Source of the DNA: a virus
Taxonomy: Duplodnaviria; Caudoviricetes
IMG/VR virus record: IMGVR_UViG_3300017912_000319
Coordinates: 1-31,283 of that record
Strand: one strand, 5' to 3'
DNA length: 31,283 nt
Shown here: positions 24,234 to 31,283 of the stretch, in pieces
Numbering within the stretch: the first letter of the stretch is position 1
How the letters are laid out: each line of letters starts with the position of its first letter
Made by a program: the position numbers and the translations under genes
The notes under the pieces: generated by a model
The model's input: the letters and a program-made list of their open reading frames with translations, nothing else
Databases searched by the model: none
What the model was told of the DNA's origin: nothing

Positions 24234-25644
24234 ACCTCTAAGTGATGACGCATGGCGCTACATTGAGTATCTTAACTTCAAGATGCAATGTGCCGCAGAT
24301 CAGGAGAGACTGAAGTGGAAGGTAGATGTACCTAAAGCTGAGGCCCTGTTGGAAACATTGGAGACTATCGAAAAGGAAAAACATGAAGAACTAGTAAAGG
24401 CTATGCCCAAGAAGCCTATCCTGAAGACTGTCAATCGTCCTAAGGTTATGTACAAGAAGGATGGTACACTATCCTCCCACGGAGCCAACTTTGAGGCTAA
24501 ACGTAAGGAGAACTGCCAGCCAGAAGACGTACAGAGCTTTAACATCATCGACGGTTACGAGGATGGCAACCCCGGATCACACGCACAAGTAAAGGACTGG
24601 CTGTACAGCTTAGGTTGGCAACCCTGCACGTTTGACTATAAACGAGAGCCTAATGGAGACACTAGGACAATCCCACAAGTAAGGGAAGAAGGGGAACTGA
24701 CTGAGAGCGTAGTGAGGTTGGCAGACGTTGACCCTGCTGTTAAGGTTCTTGAAGGTCTGTCTATTGTTCAGCACCGTATTGGTGTAGTCAAAAGCTTCCT
24801 CAAGGCACTCGACAGTGAAGGCTACGTGTTTGCTGGTGTACATGGTCTAACGAATACCTTGCGGTTCAAGCATGTGAAGCCTCTGGCTAACCTTCCGGGT
24901 GTCGATAAGGCTTATGGTAAGGACATCCGAGGTCTTCTGGTTGCACCTGAGGGTTACTGCTTGTGTGGGGCCGATATGGACAGCTTGGAACAGAACACTA
25001 AGATGCACTATATGACGCCTTATGATCCTGACTATGTGGCTACACAGCAGACTGAAGGGTTCGATGCACACCTAGACCTTGCACTATTTGCTGGGGCTGT
25101 AACCGAGGAGCAGATAGAGCAACACAATAGAACAGGAAGCCTAAAGTCTGTACGTAAGGCTTACAAGGTAACGAACTACAGTGCTACCTATGGCATCAAG
25201 CCTTTAGGTCTGTCTCGTAGGGGTGGCTTCTCGGTCAAGGACGCAGAGGAGCTTCTGGATGCCTTTTGGAAACGTAACTGGGCGCTTGAGAAAATTGCCA
25301 AGGATGCCAAGACTAAGAAGACTAGGGATGGGCAGATGTGGATTAAGAACCCTGTGTCTGGTTTCTGGTATTCCTTGCGGCATGACAAAGACCGCTTCAG
25401 TACGCTAAACCAGAGTACAGGTGTCTACTGTTTTGATACTTGGTTAGGGTACTGTATTGAACTAGGGTTGTCCGCTATAGGGCAGTTCCATGATGAAGCT
25501 ATCTTCTTGGTTAAGCATGGCGATGAACTGAAGACTTCTGATGTAGTCTACGGTGCCATGGATAAGACTAACGAGAAGCTGAAGCTAAACGTGACACTGT
25601 CAACTGCACCTGAGTTTGGGTGCAACTACTCTGAAATCCACTAA
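24226..25644 (+). CDS. family A DNA polymerase, polymerase domain
   Basis: Motif A GADMDSLE, motif B RKAYKVTNYSATYG, motif C FHDE; AGGTGAG upstream of the ATG at 24226. Confidence 0.93.
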   Translation: MDKPLSDDAWRYIEYLNFKMQCAADQERLKWKVDVPKAEALLETLETIEKEKHEELVKAMPKKPILKTVNRPKVMYKKDGTLSSHGANFEAKRKENCQPEDVQSFNIIDGYEDGNPGSHAQVKDWLYSLGWQPCTFDYKREPNGDTRTIPQVREEGELTESVVRLADVDPAVKVLEGLSIVQHRIGVVKSFLKALDSEGYVFAGVHGLTNTLRFKHVKPLANLPGVDKAYGKDIRGLLVAPEGYCLCGADMDSLEQNTKMHYMTPYDPDYVATQQTEGFDAHLDLALFAGAVTEEQIEQHNRTGSLKSVRKAYKVTNYSATYGIKPLGLSRRGGFSVKDAEELLDAFWKRNWALEKIAKDAKTKKTRDGQMWIKNPVSGFWYSLRHDKDRFSTLNQSTGVYCFDTWLGYCIELGLSAIGQFHDEAIFLVKHGDELKTSDVVYGAMDKTNEKLKLNVTLSTAPEFGCNYSEIH

Positions 25645-25673
25645 GGAAATAACCCGGCCACTAAAGGAGATAT

Positions 25674-26216
25674 ATGATGGCTAAATATGCAATGGAAATG
25701 GTCCTTGAGTACGCTAAAGTGTTCGAAGAAAACCGTGACATGGGTAACGACAAAAACGACACAGGGCGTAAAATCGCAAAACATAATGGGCAGTGTGTGA
25801 CAAATGCTTATTTCACGGATGAGGATCAAATCAAAAAACTTGTAAAGGAGGGTTTGAAAGAGGTAAACCTTGGACACCCTCGTATTAAAGAAGGTGACAG
25901 CAGTTTCGGTATCGGAAAGTATATGAAGATTGGGCGTTTTTTTGAGGACGTTAAGACCTTCACCGACAATAAGGGGAACCTCAAAGAAGTAGACTACGGT
26001 GGCAAACCGACAGTAGTCAACCTTACAAAAGGTATAGAAAATAAATCTCTGTGGTCTTTCGAAGAGGATGGAGAGCTTGGTAACGGAACTAAGGCTATGG
26101 TTCAGTTTGAAACTTACCTAAATGGTTCTGGTGTTCGCTTGCTTGCTGTTGCAGTAACCGATCATGTCCCTTTTGAGGAAAACTCTTCTGCTGAAGACGA
26201 GATGTTTACCGTGTGA
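25674..26216 (+). CDS. single-stranded DNA-binding protein (T7 gp2.5-like)
   Basis: LGNGTKA motif, acidic C-terminus containing Phe; follows the polymerase; AAGGAGATATA SD. Confidence 0.75.
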   Translation: MMAKYAMEMVLEYAKVFEENRDMGNDKNDTGRKIAKHNGQCVTNAYFTDEDQIKKLVKEGLKEVNLGHPRIKEGDSSFGIGKYMKIGRFFEDVKTFTDNKGNLKEVDYGGKPTVVNLTKGIENKSLWSFEEDGELGNGTKAMVQFETYLNGSGVRLLAVAVTDHVPFEENSSAEDEMFTV

Positions 26217-26224
26217 TAAACTCT

Positions 26225-26254
26225 GGGGGTCAGCTTAGGTTGGCCCCCTACTTA
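26225..26254 (+). terminator. intrinsic terminator-like hairpin after the SSB gene
   Basis: GGGGGTCAGC-TTAG-GTTGGCCCCC followed by TACTT. Confidence 0.6.
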
Positions 26255-26271
26255 ATCTAAAGGATAGATCA

Positions 26272-26469
26272 ATGGACCAAGAGAAGTACACCCTGCGTTA
26301 TGATTACAACGGTACAACAATTGTGCGGGAGTTCGAAGCTGAAGACTTGCATGAGTTGGCTTACAACATGCTACTGTTTGTACGTAGTGCAGGCTATGAA
26401 TACATCGACATGCTAGAGTTCAGCGAACCTGAAGGAAACATCTATCGCTCGGAGGTACTAGAAGGTTGA
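26272..26469 (+). CDS. hypothetical protein
   Basis: 65 aa; AAGGA SD. Confidence 0.7.
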   Translation: MDQEKYTLRYDYNGTTIVREFEAEDLHELAYNMLLFVRSAGYEYIDMLEFSEPEGNIYRSEVLEG

Positions 26470-27167
26470 CTAATGTAATCGTAGATGCAGACATTATTGC
26501 CTACCGTGCAGCGTTCTCCGCAAGAGATGAACCGGAGAAACAAGCACGGCAGAAGGTAGATGAAATCTGTAATGACATCATGTGTGAGTGCCACTTCCCA
26601 GAGGAGTATGTGTTGGGTGAGAATACTTGGTTCTACCTAACAGGCACTGGAAACTTCAGGAAAAACTTAGCTACCATCAAGGTCTACAAAGGAAAGCGTC
26701 CACCTAAGCCAGACCACCTACCAGTAACTAGGGATCAACTGATAGAACGTTGGGGTGCAGAGGTGGTTGATGGTCAGGAAGCAGATGATGCTATAGGTAT
26801 CAAAGCAACAGACTTGAATGGGGACTGTGTTGTAGTATCTATCGACAAAGACCTGATGATGATACCAGCCACACATTATAACTTTGTAAAAAATGAGTGG
26901 ACAAAGGTTAGTCAAGAGCAAGGCACCTACGCATTCTACAAGCAACTGCTGACAGGGGACACAACGGACAACATCCAAGGTGTTCCGGGCATAGGTCCTA
27001 AGAAGGCTGAGAAGGCGTATCAAGGGTGTACGACAGAGCAGGAGTTGTACCATAAGGCCCTAGAGATGTATAAAGGGGATGCTGACGCTCTTATAGAGAA
27101 CGCTAGGCTCTTGTGGCTACGTAGGTACGAAGGTGAAATGTGGGAGCCTCCCATTGAACAAACGTAA
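26466..27167 (+). CDS. 5'-3' exonuclease (T7 gp6-like)
   Basis: DADIIAY, NFRK, YKGKR, EADD, DKDL, GDTTDNIQGVPGIGPKKA. Confidence 0.92.
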   Translation: MTNVIVDADIIAYRAAFSARDEPEKQARQKVDEICNDIMCECHFPEEYVLGENTWFYLTGTGNFRKNLATIKVYKGKRPPKPDHLPVTRDQLIERWGAEVVDGQEADDAIGIKATDLNGDCVVVSIDKDLMMIPATHYNFVKNEWTKVSQEQGTYAFYKQLLTGDTTDNIQGVPGIGPKKAEKAYQGCTTEQELYHKALEMYKGDADALIENARLLWLRRYEGEMWEPPIEQT

Positions 27168-27588
27168 GGAAGCACAACTTAAGTATGGGGTACGATCAGG
27201 TCTTGAGGCTGACAACTGCAAGTACCTAGAAGACAAGGGTGTACCTTATGAGTATGAGAAGCACAAGATCAAATGGGAGGATCACCAGTGGCGGTCATAC
27301 ACACCTGACTTTGTTATTGGCAGTAACGGTATCATCGTAGAAACTAAAGGTCGGTTCACCCCGGCAGATAGACGAAAGCACTTGCGAATCAAGGAACAAT
27401 ACCCTATGTTGGACATTAGGTTCGTGTTTACCAATGCGAACTCTAAGATAAACAAAGGCAGTAAGACTTCCTATGCTGATTGGTGTAAGCGTCATGGGTT
27501 CTTATATGCTAACAAGTTCATTCCTGAGGAGTGGCTTGAGGAGCCTGAAGTTGAGATGAGAATAGAAAGGACTGAGGATGGTCGATAA
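27154..27588 (+). CDS. endonuclease I / Holliday junction resolvase (T7 gp3-like)
   Basis: RSGLE, YTPDF, ETKGRF, DIRFVF, YADWC; TTG start with GGGAG SD is inferred. Confidence 0.92.
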   Translation: MNKRKEAQLKYGVRSGLEADNCKYLEDKGVPYEYEKHKIKWEDHQWRSYTPDFVIGSNGIIVETKGRFTPADRRKHLRIKEQYPMLDIRFVFTNANSKINKGSKTSYADWCKRHGFLYANKFIPEEWLEEPEVEMRIERTEDGR

Positions 27589-27688
27589 GATTGTGAACTT
27601 ACTTGAGGGTAATGGTATTGAGCTTAAAGACGCTTTGTTCTACTTAAGCGTATACCTACAAGATCAAGAGGTAACAGAAGATGTCTAA
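27578..27688 (+). CDS. small hypothetical protein, 36 aa (MVDKIVNLLE...)
   Basis: Fills the gap exactly and overlaps both neighbours; AAGGA upstream. Confidence 0.5.
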   Translation: MVDKIVNLLEGNGIELKDALFYLSVYLQDQEVTEDV

Positions 27689-28460
27689 AGACATTCTGGT
27701 GTTCTCGTGTGCACACACTGACCCCTCGGTGGGAAATGAGCGTTTCGATTGGCTAGGCCAGTACATTGCTGATGTCAAACCTGACGTGGTTGTTGACTTG
27801 GGTGATGGTGCTGACATGGGTAGCTTGAACAGTTTCGACACCCGCTATCCGCAGGCTATCGTGATGCAGAACTATGGTGACGACATTAACCACTACAACG
27901 AGGCTATGGACCGTATACGTGCACCTTACAAGAAGCTCAAGCGTAAGAGGCTACATTGGGTAGGTTTCGAGGGTAATCATGAAAATAGGATTAAGAAAGC
28001 CATTGCAGAAAACCCTCGCAGTGAGGACCGGACGGGACAAGGCTACGGGGTATCCTTCGGGCATCTTCAAACACACCACTGGTTCGACGACTACCACGAG
28101 TACTACAATAGCGCCCCCGCCATCGCTAATTACTTTGGTTGTGACTTCGCTCACTTCTTTGCTTCTGGTAACTATGGTACAGCTACTTCTGGTATTCACC
28201 ATGCTTATACCGTCATCAACAACCGTCACAACTCTTCTGTATGTGGTCATAGCCATAAACGTGATGTGTACTTTAAGGATGGTCCGGGTTCTATTGGCTT
28301 GGTGGTTGGGTGCTACAAAGGACACGAGGAAAGCTGGGCGGGTCAAGCGAACCTAGACTGGTGGAATGGTATTGTTCTTATGAAGGACGTAGAGAACGGC
28401 AGGTTCGAACCTACGTTTGTGTCTTTGGAAATGCTTGAGAAGGAGTACGGTAATGGCTGA
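27681..28460 (+). CDS. calcineurin-like metallophosphoesterase
   Basis: DLGDGAD, GNHE and GHSH; the first DxH motif appears as CAH. Confidence 0.88.
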   Translation: MSKDILVFSCAHTDPSVGNERFDWLGQYIADVKPDVVVDLGDGADMGSLNSFDTRYPQAIVMQNYGDDINHYNEAMDRIRAPYKKLKRKRLHWVGFEGNHENRIKKAIAENPRSEDRTGQGYGVSFGHLQTHHWFDDYHEYYNSAPAIANYFGCDFAHFFASGNYGTATSGIHHAYTVINNRHNSSVCGHSHKRDVYFKDGPGSIGLVVGCYKGHEESWAGQANLDWWNGIVLMKDVENGRFEPTFVSLEMLEKEYGNG

Positions 28461-28671
28461 TAACGTAAACAACCCTTGGCACTACAACCAAGCAGGTATC
28501 GAATGTATTGATGCCATCAAGGCTTCTCTTGACGACAACTACCAAGACTATTGCAAGGGTAACGTCATGAAGTATCTGTGGCGGTATAAGTACAAGAACG
28601 GCATCGAGGACTTGAAGAAGGCTCAGTGGTACCTTAACTCAATGATAGAAAGTGTGGAGCAAGGAAATTGA
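28453..28671 (+). CDS. DUF3310 (T7 gp1.7 nucleotide kinase-like) protein
   Basis: DNVNNPWHY, IECIDAI, GNVMKYLWR, EDLKKAQWYL. Confidence 0.88.
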   Translation: MADNVNNPWHYNQAGIECIDAIKASLDDNYQDYCKGNVMKYLWRYKYKNGIEDLKKAQWYLNSMIESVEQGN

Positions 28672-28841
28672 TCTTACAAACAGTATTTATGTCCTTGACA
28701 CTGGTTCTGCTTTTGTATACTGCTTATACGCAGTACAAGACCTACCTAGTGGCTCAGGCTACTCTGGCTACTTTCGTAGGTTTTCTTGAAGTGTTCGTAG
28801 AAGAGGATGAAGACTATGGGGAAACGCAGCAACTTCACTAG
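28668..28841 (+). CDS. small membrane protein, 57 aa
   Basis: TTGA overlap start; hydrophobic segments and an acidic tail. Confidence 0.5.
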   Translation: MILQTVFMSLTLVLLLYTAYTQYKTYLVAQATLATFVGFLEVFVEEDEDYGETQQLH

Positions 28842-29349
28842 GGTTGAACGTGATTTTTATCCGACACCTATATCTGCTGTAGAGCCTCTGATTGACCATC
28901 TCCCCGATAGTTTTACTTACGTAGAACCCTGTGCTGGAGATGGTCGCCTCGTAGATCACATTACGGAATTGACAGAGGGTCTCGGAAGGTGTATGTACCA
29001 GAGTGACATTGAGCCGCAAGCAAGTGGAATCGTGGAAGCCGATGCTTTATCGTTAATGTTCAAAGGGGATGTGGATTTCTGCATTACTAACCCTCCTTGG
29101 GACAGAAAGTTCTTGCATCCGTTCCTAGAGTGGTATATACCACAGATGCCTACTTGGTTGCTGTTCGATGCTGACTGGATGCACACTAAGCAGTCTGCGT
29201 CATACATGGTCTACTGCAAGAAGGTTGTGTCTGTGGGCAGGGTCAAGTGGATCGAAGGAAGTAAGAGCGTAGGTAAGGACAACTGTTGTTGGTATCTGTT
29301 TGACGTAGGGCAGGACAAACCGACTGAATTTTATGGGAGACTGGTATGA
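28816..29349 (+). CDS. orphan amino-DNA methyltransferase (probably m6A)
   Basis: DFYPTP, motif I EPCAGDG, motif IV TNPPW. Confidence 0.85.
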   Translation: MGKRSNFTRVERDFYPTPISAVEPLIDHLPDSFTYVEPCAGDGRLVDHITELTEGLGRCMYQSDIEPQASGIVEADALSLMFKGDVDFCITNPPWDRKFLHPFLEWYIPQMPTWLLFDADWMHTKQSASYMVYCKKVVSVGRVKWIEGSKSVGKDNCCWYLFDVGQDKPTEFYGRLV

Positions 29350-29780
29350 TCAGACCTATGACTGATGAAGAAGCTAAACGTGCCATTGAACGAGCCAAAG
29401 CTAACCGTTTCGATGAAGCAGGTAACTATGGTGAGAACAACGCGCCACTGAAGGAAACTACAAAGATGACAAAGCTTGAAGAATACGGCGACTTCGTTGA
29501 GGACATGATCCTTACCCACGGTCGTGATCGTCTGGCTGAGAATACCCTTGGTCTCGTAGGTGAGGCTGGGGAAGTAGCTGAGAAGATCAAGAAGTTCTTT
29601 CGGGATAACACTCTGGATGAAGAGGCTGTCCAGAAGGAACTGGGGGACGTTATGTTCTATCTGGTTGCTCTGCATAACGCCTTGGGTCTTGATATTGAGG
29701 TCACTATTGAGAAGAACATGGAGAAACTTATATCGCGTAAGCAGCGTGGTACTTTGCAAGGAAGTGGAGACAACCGATGA
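29346..29780 (+). CDS. mazG: MazG-like NTP pyrophosphohydrolase
   Basis: LGLVGEAGEVAEKIKK, ELGDVMFY, GSGDNR. Confidence 0.9.
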   Translation: MIRPMTDEEAKRAIERAKANRFDEAGNYGENNAPLKETTKMTKLEEYGDFVEDMILTHGRDRLAENTLGLVGEAGEVAEKIKKFFRDNTLDEEAVQKELGDVMFYLVALHNALGLDIEVTIEKNMEKLISRKQRGTLQGSGDNR

Positions 29781-29959
29781 GTTGGTTTTGGCGTTATGTA
29801 AACTATCTGGCAACTTGGCGTGAACACCGGGAGGCCATCAAACAACTGAACCGTTTGACAGACCGTGAACTGCGGGACATTGGCATTAGCCGTGCTGACA
29901 TTGACCGTATGGTGTGGCTTAAGGAAGACAAAGATGAGCGAGGGCGAGAGACAAAATGA
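29777..29959 (+). CDS. DUF1127 (YjiS-like) small protein
   Basis: W...R...QLNRLTDRELRDIGISRADI signature. Confidence 0.88.
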   Translation: MSWFWRYVNYLATWREHREAIKQLNRLTDRELRDIGISRADIDRMVWLKEDKDERGRETK

Positions 29960-31283
29960 CAAACAACTTACTACCAACCGACTACCAATCCTTTATCGCA
30001 CTCAGTCGCTATGCCAAGTGGCTTGAGGACGAAGGGCGTCGTGAGACTTTCTCTGAGACTGTCAGCCGATACATCAGCAACACGGTACACACGAAGGTGG
30101 ACACTGAGGTGGAGATGGCTCTTGAAGAAGCTATCCTGTCCCTCGAAGTCATGCCTTCTATGCGAGCTATGATGACAGCAGGTAAAGCAGCAGACCGTGA
30201 CAACACTTGTATGTACAACTGTTCGTACTTGCCAGTGGATGACCCCAAGTCCTTTGATGAGGCTATGTTCATTCTGTTGTGTGGTACTGGTGTGGGGTTC
30301 TCTGTTGAGCGTCAGTTTATCAGTAAGCTGCCTGAGGTTCCTGACCAGTTGTTCTTGAGCGAAACTACAATAGTCGTAAAGGATAGCAAAGAAGGTTGGG
30401 CTAAAGCTTACCGTCAACTGCTATCCTTGTTGTGGGCTGGTGAAATTCCAAAGTGGGACGTATCTACGGTTCGCCCTGCTGGTGCCAAGCTTAAGACTTT
30501 CGGTGGTCGTGCCTCTGGTCCTGCCCCTCTGGTTGACCTGTTCAGGTTTACTGTTGACAAGTTCAAAGGTGCTGTCGGTCGTAAGTTGTCCTCTATTGAG
30601 TGCCATGATATTATGTGCAAGATTGGTGAGGTAGTTGTAGTTGGTGGTGTTCGTCGCTCCGCTATGATTAGCTTGAGTAATCTGTCTGATGACCGTATGC
30701 GCCATGCTAAATCTGGTCAGTGGTGGGAGAACCAAGGACAACGTGCTCTGGCTAATAACTCTGTAAGCTACACAGAGAAGCCAGATATGGAGACCTTCAT
30801 GCGTGAGTGGCTTGCCCTAGTAGAAAGCAAGTCAGGTGAGCGTGGTGTGTTCAACCGTCAGGCCAGCAAGAAGCAGGCAGCTAAGAATGGTCGTCGTGAC
30901 CCTGACTTTGACTTCGGCACCAATCCTTGCTCAGAGATTATCTTGCGGCCATATCAGTTCTGCAACTTGACCGAGGTTGTTGTACGAGCAACAGACACTA
31001 TTGAGGACTTAGAGCGTAAGGTTCGCCTTGCTACCATCCTCGGTACTATCCAGAGCACATACACGTATTTCCCGTATCTACGTAAGGTATGGCAACGGAA
31101 CACTGAAGAAGAACGCTTGTTGGGTGTCAGCTTGACAGGTATTATGGATAACCCGCTGATGACTTCAGCTAATCAAGGACTGGAGGAAACTCTTGAACAT
31201 CTTCGTACTGTCGCTGTTTCTACTAATGAAGATTGGGCTGCTCGTCTTGGTGTCCCAGTTAGTGCTGCGATCACCTGTGTCAA
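29956..31283 (+). CDS. nrdJ: class II (adenosylcobalamin-dependent) ribonucleotide reductase, 3'-truncated by the window edge
   Basis: Read by hand (absent from the track): MTNNLLPTDYQSFIALSRYA, MPSMR, YNCSY, GTGVGFS, GGVRRSA, TNPCSEI, CNLTE; ends at ITCV. Confidence 0.92.
   Translation, partial: MTNNLLPTDYQSFIALSRYAKWLEDEGRRETFSETVSRYISNTVHTKVDTEVEMALEEAILSLEVMPSMRAMMTAGKAADRDNTCMYNCSYLPVDDPKSFDEAMFILLCGTGVGFSVERQFISKLPEVPDQLFLSETTIVVKDSKEGWAKAYRQLLSLLWAGEIPKWDVSTVRPAGAKLKTFGGRASGPAPLVDLFRFTVDKFKGAVGRKLSSIECHDIMCKIGEVVVVGGVRRSAMISLSNLSDDRMRHAKSGQWWENQGQRALANNSVSYTEKPDMETFMREWLALVESKSGERGVFNRQASKKQAAKNGRRDPDFDFGTNPCSEIILRPYQFCNLTEVVVRATDTIEDLERKVRLATILGTIQSTYTYFPYLRKVWQRNTEEERLLGVSLTGIMDNPLMTSANQGLEETLEHLRTVAVSTNEDWAARLGVPVSAAITCV

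Noticed and set aside
28695-28721. TTGACA...TATACT internal promoter upstream of the methyltransferase
   Set aside because: Spacer is only 15 bp and it lies within a probable CDS; possible but unsupported

Overview
31 kb of a tailed dsDNA phage genome. It is siphovirus-like and the host is most likely a marine alphaproteobacterium, inferred from CTTGAC-N17-CTATAT promoters, GANTC clustering, a DUF1127 gene and a class II ribonucleotide reductase. The left arm (1-15960, minus strand) is a morphogenesis operon: terminase, portal, protease, scaffold, capsid, neck, tail tube, frameshifted tail chaperones, tape measure and tail fibre. The right arm (19202-31283, plus strand) has small early genes, a sigma-like protein and a T7-like replication/nucleotide module, with no RNA polymerase or integrase in the window. 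The most unusual part is the central divergent control region (about 16.0-19.2 kb). It holds (i) a hammerhead ribozyme in the leader of the leftward early operon, with a repeated pseudoknot-like motif nearby, (ii) 17 GANTC (CcrM-type) sites in 540 bp, with three early promoters carrying GAATCA at the same spacer position, (iii) four 20-bp iteron-like repeats, and (iv) one copy of a 59-bp promoter element whose inverted copy precedes the replication operon. All assignments come from reading motifs by eye; no database searches or folding programs were run.
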